Virus record (IMG/VR): IMGVR_UViG_3300037067_013150
Span: 11,169 to 75,168 of that record
Length of the DNA stretch: 64,000 nucleotides
Strand: one strand, 5' to 3'
Origin: a virus
Lineage: Duplodnaviria > Caudoviricetes
Part shown: piece by piece, positions 24,349 to 34,521 of the stretch
Position numbering within the stretch: position 1 is the first letter of the stretch
How the letters are laid out: the number at the start of each line of letters is the position of its first letter
Notes under the pieces: model-generated
What the model saw: only the letters and a program-made list of their open reading frames with translations
Databases searched by the model: none
Told to the model about the DNA's origin: nothing
Position numbers and translations under genes: made by a program

Positions 24349-24840
24349 TTATTTTTTATATTCTTCAAAGAATTTATAAATTTCTTCTTTAGTAGCGGGT
24401 CGAATGGAGTTCTTTTGAACTGTCATATTATTTCCACTTATTCCATCACTTCTTATACCTATTTGACTACTATTACACATAAGAACAGGAAAATCCAAAG
24501 GATAATTATGTCCATTATCAGATATAAGAGGGACAATCATTACTCCTTTCTCAAAAGATACTTTCTTATTATCATTAATAATTATTTCTTCACCAATAAT
24601 TAGGCTAATAATTTTAGCTAAATCTTCTTCTTTACCATTAAAATTGTTTGTTTTTAGACATTGTTCAATTTTAATTGCCTTCTCACTCTTAATCCTTTCT
24701 ATGCAATAACCAGGATATTCATATTTTCCAGCCCATTTATTTGTACGTTCAAGTGTGATATCTTCAATTGATTTAATTTCACTTGATTTAATTTCACTTT
24801 TTGATTGTTCAACAATTTTTTTAGATACTTTTTTAGTCAT
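24349..24840 (-). CDS. HNYPL-family paralog 3
   Basis: HNYPLDFPVL...DGISGNNM...RPATKEEIYKF. Confidence 0.75.
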   Translation of the reverse strand: MTKKVSKKIVEQSKSEIKSSEIKSIEDITLERTNKWAGKYEYPGYCIERIKSEKAIKIEQCLKTNNFNGKEEDLAKIISLIIGEEIIINDNKKVSFEKGVMIVPLISDNGHNYPLDFPVLMCNSSQIGIRSDGISGNNMTVQKNSIRPATKEEIYKFFEEYKK

Positions 24841-25304
24841 AAAAATCTCCTTTTTAAATTAATTTAAAATATAATATCATTTGATAAATATACTTCAATA
24901 TCCTTTTTATCACATTTGGAACATTGAGAATTTGGTATACAATCATAAACTTCAGCCCATTTATGATTACAATTAGGACATTTATACATATTAAGATATC
25001 CAATAAAAGAGGTTCGATTCCCCTCCATTATACACAACCCCCACAACAAACATAATACTCTGATAGCTTATCAGATACAGCTTTTTGTACCTCTTCACTA
25101 TATTCTTTAGCATCCTCCTCATTCCAAATAAGTTCTCCTGATTCAACATGATCATTCCAATCATCATCAAACCATACAGAACCAGTAGAATGACAACAAT
25201 ACTTCTCTTGATATATTTCAATCCCATCCTTAATAATGGTTAAATTACCCATACAAGTACAAGGATATTCACCATCATATTCTACTTGTATCATATATTA
25301 TCTC

Positions 25305-25649
25305 CTATTTAAAAAGACTATTAATAATTTTATATGTTTCTTTATACCATTTATATGATATTTTATTTATATTAGTAAAGTCGTTTTTATAACATATAGT
25401 TCTACTTCCTGTATATTGACACCCACTACATCCAAACTCCATCATAAGACAAAAAGGACACACAATAGTCTCTAAACCTTTAATATTTTTACTACTTTCT
25501 ATAGTTTCTCCTATAGTTTTCCAAATCCGTTTAGATTCTTCTTTTGAAAGATTATTAATTGTTATTACATCATCAAGTGTATGATAATTAGGTTCTTCTA
25601 ATATTCTTCCCTTTTCATATTGAAAGAGATTAATTTTTTTACTACTCAT
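25305..25649 (-). CDS. Cys-cluster paralog family protein
   Basis: ESKRIW...CPFC...CSGCQY...C. Confidence 0.7.
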   Translation of the reverse strand: MSSKKINLFQYEKGRILEEPNYHTLDDVITINNLSKEESKRIWKTIGETIESSKNIKGLETIVCPFCLMMEFGCSGCQYTGSRTICYKNDFTNINKISYKWYKETYKIINSLFK

Positions 25650-25763
25650 TATATTACTCCAATATCATATTTTATCTTATTACAATTAGAACATAAATAT
25701 AAAAATACTACTTTTATATTGGGTATCTTTACTGTATATCTATATTGTAATTTGGTATTACAA

Positions 25764-26267
25764 TTAGGACAATTCATTTTCCTTTAATACCTCTTTCAAA
25801 AGTTTAGTTATAGTTTCAACATTCGTATTAATATTTTTTAAAGTTGTATCAATAAACAATAGTTTAGTTTGTCTATCATGTTTCTTTTCTTCAATAGTTC
25901 TAGTATCATTAATCTTTTCAATAGTTTTTATAAACCATTCTTCAGACAAAGAATTTTTAATATCAGGATTTTCTTTTAATTGTTTTTGAAAATTTGAACT
26001 ATTATCTGAACATTCTTTATTATTATGATGTTTCCTATACAAACATTTAATACAATCATACCCATAATATATACAAAATGGACAAGAGTTTGATTCAACA
26101 CCAAAAAAATAAGCCTTATTTTTACAAATATGTTTCCAAACTTCTTCTGATTTAGTATTATTCCATTTTTTAATACATTCTTTATCTTTTGATATGAAAT
26201 ATGTTTTCCATAACATATCTCTTTTAGCTTCCATAAATTTAATAATTTTTTCTTTAGATGCGTTCAT
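25764..26267 (-). CDS. Cys-cluster paralog family protein
   Basis: W...SEEVW...CPFC...CIKCLY...C. Confidence 0.7.
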   Translation of the reverse strand: MNASKEKIIKFMEAKRDMLWKTYFISKDKECIKKWNNTKSEEVWKHICKNKAYFFGVESNSCPFCIYYGYDCIKCLYRKHHNNKECSDNSSNFQKQLKENPDIKNSLSEEWFIKTIEKINDTRTIEEKKHDRQTKLLFIDTTLKNINTNVETITKLLKEVLKENELS

Positions 26268-26344
26268 ATAATCTCCTTATCATTTTATTTTAAATACCTA
26301 AAAAGTGGCTCCATAATTTAGAGCCGTAATTTAATTATTTAAAA

Positions 26345-26959
26345 TTATAGCCTAACTAAAAAACTCTTATATCGTTTTAAATATTTATGTCTTTTCTGTT
26401 TCAAGTGTGGATAAAAATAACCACTAGGTCCACAATTATATGCAACAAAATGAGCATATTTTTCATTTACTCCTCTCTTTCGTAATTGTTTCTTAAAATC
26501 TTTTAATACCAAAGCTCCTGACATAACATTAACTGATATATCAAATATATTATTTGTATATGTTATATTATGTTTCTTCAATAATCGTTTAGCTGCAGTA
26601 TATCGTTTTTTAAGATGTGGACTATTTTGTTGTACTAATCCATAATCATATGATTTATTATTATTAGGTCCACCTATTACATATATATCCATATCAGATT
26701 CAGTAAGTATAGTTGATAGCATCTTTTTATGATTAATACCTACATATTTTTCTACAGCTATAAGAACAATTGTTAATTTATTAACATTTTTTGGTGTCCA
26801 TTGTTTAAGTATTCGTTTATTATCTCCTTCAAATTTATGTAATGCTTTGTATATATTTGATTTAACATATTCTCTATACGGTTTATTCATAGTAGAATAA
26901 GCACTTGTTTGTACAAATAAACATACAAAGCATATAAGAAATATGATTTTCTTAATCAT
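26345..26959 (-). CDS. Lytic transglycosylase (SLT domain) with N-terminal signal/anchor
   Basis: ILTES (catalytic Glu), DYGLVQ, NVMSGALVL and AYNCG. Confidence 0.8.
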   Translation of the reverse strand: MIKKIIFLICFVCLFVQTSAYSTMNKPYREYVKSNIYKALHKFEGDNKRILKQWTPKNVNKLTIVLIAVEKYVGINHKKMLSTILTESDMDIYVIGGPNNNKSYDYGLVQQNSPHLKKRYTAAKRLLKKHNITYTNNIFDISVNVMSGALVLKDFKKQLRKRGVNEKYAHFVAYNCGPSGYFYPHLKQKRHKYLKRYKSFLVRL

Positions 26960-27247
26960 GTTAATCTCCTTTAATTATCATTAAATTTATCTCCATATTC
27001 TAATAAAACTGTTAATATTTCAGCATTATTAAAATCTTTTAAAGCTTCTTTAATAAAATATTTTTTTTGAGAACCAAAAGCAGTCCCATCATAAGCAGGC
27101 TGACATTGTTTTCGTATATAACACTCACTACAATATATATGTCCAAAAGCATAAAAAGGATTACATCTTTCAAAAGTTTTTATACTTAATAAGGCAACTA
27201 ATTGTTTCTTTCTTAAATCATCCATAATAATCTCCAATTAAGTATTT

Positions 27248-27282
27248 AAGGATCGACTCTCCATTCAAGAGAGTCTTACCTT
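27248..27282 (-). other. Structured intergenic element, copy 1
   Basis: AAGG-TAA-GACTCTC-loop-GAGAGTC-GAT-CCTT. Confidence 0.7.
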
Positions 27283-27531
27283 AATTATTTAATCTTCTTC
27301 TTTATATGCTTCTTCATTAAGTTCATTATCAATATCTTTTTCTTTTCTATTATCAGGTATTCCCATCATTGTAGAAAAGGCAGCACATAAAGCTACAACA
27401 ATAATAACTATACCTTGACTACTAAAAGCAGATATAGCTATTAATGAAACCCAAGGTATCGCATAAATAATAATTTGTTTTATAGTTATATCTTCACTAT
27501 CAATTTTCATATTCTATTCTCCTAAATCTAA

Positions 27532-28239
27532 TTAATCAGTACTCAATTCACCAACATCCAATTTACTTTTTACTTGATTAACAAATAATTGCAATGTTTC
27601 ATTTGAAAGGTGTCTTGATCCTATATACATAAAATAATGAGAACATTCTTCTTTACAATATGTATTATTTCTATTTTTTGCATAATCACAATTTTCACAT
27701 CGAATAGAACCATAATTACTACGTTTAGCTTTTATACAAAAACAACAACTACTGGACTTATAATCTTTTGCAAACTTATAAAAAATATTATTATATAGTT
27801 CATTATAAACTTCTTTAGCTTCTTCATCAGACCATTGCATTATAGCTTTTTCATCTTCTTCAGTATGATATTTAGAATCATTTATATAATCTGATTTCAT
27901 TTTCTGGATAAGAATTAACAATCTTTGATATAATTTATAACCTGATTTTATAATTTCAGATTCTTTTTCAATAACACTAAATCCTTGTCTATTAAGTTCA
28001 TCTTCTATAATACTATTCATATTAGAACAAACTATATTTGGTGCTACTTCTGGATTATATTTTTTATTATGCAAAGAATTAAATTTATAATCTTTATCTT
28101 TTATGATCAAATCCATTAACTCAGAATGATTACACAAATGAAAAAACAATCTAGCTTCTGATACAGTTTGAATTGTAAATTCAATATTAAAAGGTGTAAA
28201 TTCTTTTTTGATTTCATCTTTTTTAATGGTTGCTTTCAT
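27532..28239 (-). CDS. Cys-cluster paralog family protein with an extra N-terminal domain
   Basis: WSDEEAKEVY...CCFC...CENCDY...C. Confidence 0.7.
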   Translation of the reverse strand: MKATIKKDEIKKEFTPFNIEFTIQTVSEARLFFHLCNHSELMDLIIKDKDYKFNSLHNKKYNPEVAPNIVCSNMNSIIEDELNRQGFSVIEKESEIIKSGYKLYQRLLILIQKMKSDYINDSKYHTEEDEKAIMQWSDEEAKEVYNELYNNIFYKFAKDYKSSSCCFCIKAKRSNYGSIRCENCDYAKNRNNTYCKEECSHYFMYIGSRHLSNETLQLFVNQVKSKLDVGELSTD

Positions 28240-28649
28240 TATATATCTTCCTTAATAGGATATTTTTTATTTATTTTGTGTATCCAAGTACATAAAATAT
28301 CATTAGATACTAAAGATTTTTTACTATTTGCTAAATTCTTATAAAAATAAGATTTTTTACTATAACAATTTTTATTTCTAATTATTGAATATTCACATGT
28401 AGAACATTCTTCATCATTTTTTATACAAAAACAGCATGTTTTATTACCAATATATTCTTCTTGATTAAATAAAATATTTTCTTCTAAATACTGCCATACT
28501 TCTTCTGCAACAGTATCATTCCAAAATAGTATAGCTAGTTCATCTTCTGGCAAATTATATTTATTCAATTTCATATATTTTGCCTTTTCTCTTTGAAACA
28601 TTATTAATTTTTTATGTATCTTTTTACCTTTTATTTTAGATAAGTCCAT
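28239..28649 (-). CDS. Cys-cluster paralog family protein
   Basis: WNDTVAEEVW...CCFC...CSTCEY...C. Confidence 0.7.
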   Translation of the reverse strand: MDLSKIKGKKIHKKLIMFQREKAKYMKLNKYNLPEDELAILFWNDTVAEEVWQYLEENILFNQEEYIGNKTCCFCIKNDEECSTCEYSIIRNKNCYSKKSYFYKNLANSKKSLVSNDILCTWIHKINKKYPIKEDI

Positions 28650-28661
28650 ATTAACTCCTTA

Positions 28662-29075
28662 TTACCAAATAATTTCTCCAGTATCAAGTACAGTATATTT
28701 ACAATAATTACCATCAGTAGTTGTATATTCTCCAGATGTCAATACTTTAAGATATTCTTTACAACCAAGCACATCTTTAAAATAAACTATAAGAGTACCA
28801 TCTGATAGCCGAAGAAGTGTTTCACCCTCATTATTATTACAAGGATGTATTACTTCAATAATAGCATCTTCTCCATTATCTCCATCTTCTCCATTTGTAA
28901 GAAATATTGATTCAGAATCACCACATTTAATAGTATAGCCACCAGTTACTTTAGTAGTTGTACATTTTTCTATTTTAGTTTGAATAGGAATAATAGTATT
29001 AACATCTCCTACATCATCACAAGAAATAATTCCTATAAACATAAAAAACATAAGTATAAAAATAAATTTCTTCAT
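28662..29075 (-). CDS. Putative lipoprotein, short paralog of the collagen-like 61366-62049
   Basis: Lipobox IISC; TIKCG...NGEDGDNGED...PC...LLRL. Confidence 0.6.
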   Translation of the reverse strand: MKKFIFILMFFMFIGIISCDDVGDVNTIIPIQTKIEKCTTTKVTGGYTIKCGDSESIFLTNGEDGDNGEDAIIEVIHPCNNNEGETLLRLSDGTLIVYFKDVLGCKEYLKVLTSGEYTTTDGNYCKYTVLDTGEIIW

Positions 29076-29638
29076 TTAAACATCCTTATTTATTAATAGT
29101 TTTATTACATCTTATTGTTATATCATTTCCCATTACTTTACATCCACCTTTCTTAACTTTACATACTTCATTAACTTCATATATTTTATATATAAGAAGT
29201 GATATAATTAATAATGAAAATAATATTAATACATAAAATATTTTTTGTTTAATATCTTTCATATATTTAACTTATAAAATTTTTATAAACATATAATAGA
29301 AACAATACAATAAAATGAAATGCCCAAAAAACTGTACACTTAATCTTTTCCGTCATTTAATTCACCTCTTACGTCTTCATCATATACAAATCTATTTGAT
29401 TTATGAACACCAGAATAATTTGTAATAAATTTAGTTAATATAGGTATCAATTCATGTAAATCATCAACAGATAATTGTACATAACCATATTTAGTATCTT
29501 CTTGTAATGCAGTTAATTGTACACATATTCCTTTATTACCACCAGAATATCTTGTTACAGATAAATCTACATTACGACTACCACTTTCTTTTAATACACC
29601 TATTTCTGTACTCATATATCCTCCTTAATTAAATGTTT

Positions 29639-29679
29639 AAGGATCGACTCCCCATAAATAGATCAGGAAGTCTTACCTT
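29639..29679 (-). other. Structured intergenic element, copy 2
   Basis: AAGG-TAA-GACTTCCT-loop-GGGGAGTC-GAT-CCTT; stem covaries with copy 1. Confidence 0.7.
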
Positions 29680-29862
29680 AATTATTTAATTATTAATATT
29701 TATAATAATAATTGCTAGTACAATTAAATGAATTAATGCACAAATCCATCCACTAAAAGCAGTAAAATTATGATTTGTTATTGCAATTACTATATTTAAA
29801 ATATATACAATAAAAGCAATTATAAATAATATATTTGTTATAATCATTTTTATACTTCTATA

Positions 29863-30651
29863 TTATATTTGATTCAAACTAAATTCAATATAATCAGCAC
29901 CAGAAAAATCTTTATTATATATTTGATTAAGCTGTAAACAAAATCTTTTAGGACTTGTTGATTTATTCCCACTCATACAATTAAACATATGTGCATATTT
30001 TTTAAGATTAAACATCATACGTTTATGACAATAATTATTTTGAGTTAGAACCATAATAAGAGCAATCTTAAATGATTTCATAGAACAAAGAAGAGGTATT
30101 TTACCTTTTTCTATTGATATAATATCATTAAAATGAGTAATTCTATTTATAATTCGTTGTTCTATATCTTTAGTCATAACAAATGATCCATCTTTAAAAG
30201 AACTATTTGAATTCCTCAAATGTTTTCCAATAAGAGCCATAAAATGATTAAGAGTCAACCCACTTTGTTGTTTATAATTATACAATTTAATATAATTTTT
30301 ATTACCTTGTTTAATAAACTTTTGTAAATAATCTTCAAGCTTCCATCTAGTACATATTTGATATCCAGATACATATTCTTCAGCTTCTTTTAAAGTCATA
30401 TCCAAAACTGCATAATTAATTGGTTCACCCAATTCTATTAGACCTTTAATTTTATGTTGCCAATCAAAAACATGCAATTTATTTTTATTTTTAATAACCA
30501 ATGCATTACCAATTACACCACTATTATTAAATATTTTACCCCATTTCTTTACTTTTGATTCATTGATCTCACGATTATTTTTCATAAATACAAATTTATT
30601 ATAATCTTTTGTACAACCAATTTCTACAATAGGATACATTCTTATTGACAT
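29863..30651 (-). CDS. ParB/Srx-like domain protein (degenerate)
   Basis: NNREIN...LVI...VFDWQHK resembles the ParB N-terminal NR...IDGQHR pattern. Confidence 0.5.
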   Translation of the reverse strand: MSIRMYPIVEIGCTKDYNKFVFMKNNREINESKVKKWGKIFNNSGVIGNALVIKNKNKLHVFDWQHKIKGLIELGEPINYAVLDMTLKEAEEYVSGYQICTRWKLEDYLQKFIKQGNKNYIKLYNYKQQSGLTLNHFMALIGKHLRNSNSSFKDGSFVMTKDIEQRIINRITHFNDIISIEKGKIPLLCSMKSFKIALIMVLTQNNYCHKRMMFNLKKYAHMFNCMSGNKSTSPKRFCLQLNQIYNKDFSGADYIEFSLNQI

Positions 30652-31305
30652 ATTATACTCCTTAATTTATATGAGCTATTTGTATAGCTAAATAAAACTT
30701 TTAACTCTTAAACATTTCCACTACTATTAATATAAATCATATTATTTTACCCTTTCTATAAGGGTAATTTCATTACAAAAAATAGTTCCATCAGGCCAAG
30801 GAGATTCTCCTATCATATAAGAATCTATAATAGTTTTAAAATTTTTTCGATTACTTACACCATTACAAGTATAAGCAAATAGATTTTCAAAAGATCTAGG
30901 ATGTATTTTTTTATAATATCTCTTATTTACTATTGCTTTACATTTCCATATTTGAAATTTTCCTCTAGCATTATAATAATCATCCAAAAATTCTTCTGCA
31001 TTCCTTTTTGTGCCAAAAGCTAGTAAATCATAATTACCTACAAATTCCCTATTAGGATATACTGAAACTCCAGGTATATACTCAATTATAATACCTTTCT
31101 TCTTAAGAAAATTCCTTACAAGTAAATCAAATCCTTTACGAGCTATAGCCCAATTATAATCTAAACCATATGTAAATGAATATAACTTATTCTTTTTAAC
31201 AGATACTACTTTATAAACAATTTTTTCATTATTATTATTTTCTTCCATTTGTATCTCCTTTATTTTAATATAAAAAGGATCGAATCCCTCTATACAGCAA
31301 TGCTT

Positions 31306-31348
31306 AAAAAGATTATCCACAATATTTAATAATTTTATTGTGGATAAT
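31306..31348 (-). terminator. Intrinsic terminator
   Basis: 13-bp perfect stem ATTATCCACAATA/TATTGTGGATAAT plus U-tract. Confidence 0.75.
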
Positions 31349-32783
31349 TATATTAATAATTGCTATTACTTAATCATTTCTATTTGTTGTACACCTTTAG
31401 GATAAAAAATTCCTACCCACATAGATTTCTGATATTCTTTAGTAGATGCAAGATTAGTATTAAGTTTAATAATTGTTTGAGTAATAGCAGCTCGTTCAAT
31501 ATCTGAATTAGATTTTCTTGACTCTTCAAGACTAATACGTGCTTGATTATATTCAGCTTTCATGGGTTCCAAAGATATATAATTAGTCATTATTATTAGC
31601 AAAGACACTAAAAGAAAAACTCCTCCAAAAAGAGCTATAATAGTTGATGTTAGTTCATATTCCATACTTTTATTAGAATTAAATATACAAAGAATAATTC
31701 CGATTCCTAGAAAAAGAATAATAATTGATAGTATAATCATTTGATCTCCTTATATTGTTTTAATATTAAATACTGTTTAAATGTTTCCCTTCTTTTATAC
31801 CAATAGGTGTATTCTTTTCTATAGTTAAACCAATCTTTAAAAGAAAAATCACTACCTATTGTTATAGCTTTTAAACCTGTAAACCAAATAATAACATATA
31901 TTATATAATATAATATATTTATTACTGTCTCTATATTCATACTATTGCCATCTCTTTTGTCTATTTGATTTCTTTTTAAATATTTTCCAAAAATATTCTA
32001 TTTTTTCTTTATCTTGATTCATATACATATACTGATATACTCTGTCCTTTGTTATTGAAGTAATATTTGAATCTCTAATAATATCTTCCAATGTATCATA
32101 TTTATCATCAATTTTTTTAACTTCTTTATTATATTTTTTTACTGATTCAGCATTAAGAAGATCAGAAGGATTATCTGGTATTCCTACTTTACTCATATCT
32201 CCACGTTTAATAGCATTAACTATTATAAGAGGAATTTTATTCGGATATTTTAAAGTACATTCTTCTTTCTCATTAGAAGAAAATGTAGCAGAATTAATAT
32301 TAAAATACTTTTTAATAGCACCATGACCTATTATATCCTCATAAAATTCAGTAGTAAGATATTTTTTTAATTGTTCTCCTTTATAAGTATCAAGTTCTTT
32401 ATTACTTATAAAATAAACTTTATCATTAATATTATCTTCAATCCACGATACAAAATCACACATATATTTTCTCCTATTATAAATTAATTATTAATTATAC
32501 TACAACTAAAGTAATCTCATCTCCTTTTTTAAGTTTCTTTACCATTATCTTTGCTTGAATAGAAGGATAAGTCCAACATTTATTCTCTCCAGGTTTAGAT
32601 AATGACATTACTTCAAACTTAGAATCACTAGAAGTTCTCATTACAATTTCACCAAAATAATTACAAGACCTATTAACTATTACAGCTATTTCGCATGGTT
32701 TTAATTCTCCAATTCCTATTAAACCATCTTCTGCAAAATAATTTTCTTTTATTTTAAACACCTCAAACCTCCTTAATATTATT

Positions 32784-32810
32784 AAAAAAAGCTAGTTAAT
32801 TAACTAGCTT
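32784..32810 (-). terminator. Intrinsic terminator
   Basis: AAGCTAGTTA/TAACTAGCTT stem plus U-tract. Confidence 0.75.
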
Positions 32811-33161
32811 AATTTGATAACATTAAATACTCAAATGAATACCTTTTATTTCTTTTTCAAGCAATCTATTATCAAACTTCAATTGCCTAATCTCCCTATT
32901 AATAGGATCTTCAATCAACTTCATTATTCTCTTTCTACGTCCTATTATAAACATAGGTAAACCTCCAAATATTATTATTAATTAAATTTTACATCCCTAT
33001 TTGATAGGGTTTTTTCTTTACCACAACAAGGACATTTAAACTTATCCTTATTATTATTATTAATATTACTTACAATTTTCATCTCTTCTTTACATTTATT
33101 ACAACGATGTATAGAATTATAATATTTAATAGTCTTCAATCAAACCTCCTTAATTATTACT

Positions 33162-33192
33162 AAAAAAGCCTTTAATATCTCTATTAAAGGCT
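33162..33192 (-). terminator. Intrinsic terminator after gam
   Basis: AGCCTTTAATA/TATTAAAGGCT stem plus U-tract. Confidence 0.8.
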
Positions 33193-33205
33193 AACTTACT
33201 ACTAA

Positions 33206-33676
33206 CTAAACAAGCCCAGTAGATGTATATACTTTTATATATACCTTATCATCAGGCTTCTTAAGACTAACTCCAATAATAGGAGCCATAGCATCAAAGT
33301 CAGTCATAGCCTTAATAACCTCAAGATTCAATTGCTCAACAGTTTTGATACAATCAAACTTCTTAAGATTCTTAAGCTGTGCTATAGTAAATACTTCATC
33401 AGGTACAATAAGGCTCGATTTCCCCTTGGCCTCCACAGAGATCTCACCATTGGTAAACTTAACCTTATGTTCAAAATCTGTATCTTTATTAGCAAGACAC
33501 AATGTTTTCAACGCATTCTCTGTAACTTCAAGTTCTGTCTTAAGAGGATCAATAGCTTTATTAAGCCTTGTTTTAATAGCAATGATCTCCTTGTTAGCTT
33601 CCTCTTCCTTCTCTGCAATCTTGTTGTTAAGCTTTGCTATCTTCAATAGATAGTTGTTGTACATAGTTGAATCCAT
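33206..33676 (-). CDS. gam: Mu Gam-like host-nuclease inhibitor (DNA end-binding)
   Basis: N-terminal coiled coil, then KVKFTNGEISV...LKNLKKFDCIKTVEQLNLEVIK...IGVSLKK. Confidence 0.75.
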   Translation of the reverse strand: MDSTMYNNYLLKIAKLNNKIAEKEEEANKEIIAIKTRLNKAIDPLKTELEVTENALKTLCLANKDTDFEHKVKFTNGEISVEAKGKSSLIVPDEVFTIAQLKNLKKFDCIKTVEQLNLEVIKAMTDFDAMAPIIGVSLKKPDDKVYIKVYTSTGLV

Positions 33677-33690
33677 TTATTTTCTCCTTG

Positions 33691-34521
33691 TTATTTTATA
33701 TTTTTATAAATAGCACTAATATATTTTATAGCTTCATTATATTCTATATAATATTTATTATTTTTATGTTTTTTAGTAACCAATTTTTTAAATTCTTTTA
33801 TTGTACAAAATTGACAACCACAAAGAACTATTATTCCTTTTGTTGTAAAATAAAAAATAGCATGAGAATTTCTTGAACCAATATGATTAATAGTAATACT
33901 TCCTCTTCCTATTAATTTATATCCATTAAGTGTTCTTTTACCTTTTATAAATTGATCACCTTTTACATGTTGAACCCCTTCTATAACTTGATTACCTTTT
34001 ATAAATTTATAACCTTCTATAGATTGATAACCTTCTATAGATTGATAACCTTCTATAGATTGATAACCTTCTATAGATTGATTACCTTCTATAGATTGAT
34101 AACCTTCTATAGATTGATAACCTTCTATAACTTGATTACCTTTTATAAATTGATCACCTTTTACATATTGACTACCTTTTATAACTTGATTACCTTTTAC
34201 ATATTGACTACCTTTTATAACTTGATTACCTTCTATATATTGATAACCTTTTATAACTTGATTACCTTTTATAACTTGATTACCTTTTATAAATTGATTA
34301 CCTTTTATAAATTGATCACCTTTTACATATTGACTACCTTTTATAACTTGATGACCTTCTATATAAATTGATTCATTAAAAATACAATCACAATTTATTA
34401 TTATTGATTTATTAAATTCATATCTATTATTTTTTATATTAAAAAATTCTTTTTTTATAAATACATTTTGTTTATCAAAATCATTTTTTGAAAATATATA
34501 TTTATCTTTTAATTCTTTCAT
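33691..34521 (-). CDS. Hexapeptide-repeat (beta-helix-like) protein
   Basis: 23 x G-x-Q-x-[IV]-[KE], followed by GSR...CGCQ...EF...H...EY C-terminal cap. Confidence 0.8.
   Translation of the reverse strand: MKELKDKYIFSKNDFDKQNVFIKKEFFNIKNNRYEFNKSIIINCDCIFNESIYIEGHQVIKGSQYVKGDQFIKGNQFIKGNQVIKGNQVIKGYQYIEGNQVIKGSQYVKGNQVIKGSQYVKGDQFIKGNQVIEGYQSIEGYQSIEGNQSIEGYQSIEGYQSIEGYQSIEGYKFIKGNQVIEGVQHVKGDQFIKGKRTLNGYKLIGRGSITINHIGSRNSHAIFYFTTKGIIVLCGCQFCTIKEFKKLVTKKHKNNKYYIEYNEAIKYISAIYKNIK
33943..34356. repeat. Coding 18-bp tandem repeat (23 units)
   Basis: Units such as TTGATAACCTTCTATAGA and TTGATTACCTTTTATAAC. Confidence 0.95.

Noticed and set aside
31249-31320. Extended N-terminus of ORF 30742-31320
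   Set aside because: An SD-supported ATG at 31248 (MEENN) is more likely, leaving the motif site 31277 intergenic.
31313-31347. Two perfect DnaA boxes (TTATCCACA) head-to-head
   Set aside because: They are the two arms of one terminator stem, so only one independent occurrence, which is plausible by chance in 64 kb of this composition.
33943-34356. 18-bp repeats as a CRISPR array
   Set aside because: No spacers; the units are in-frame hexapeptide codons; no cas genes.
33952-34371. Plus-strand 139-aa ORF (LITFY repeats)
   Set aside because: Antisense shadow of the coding repeat. Other antisense track ORFs (e.g. 33332, 33345, 19129, 58553) were likewise treated as shadows.
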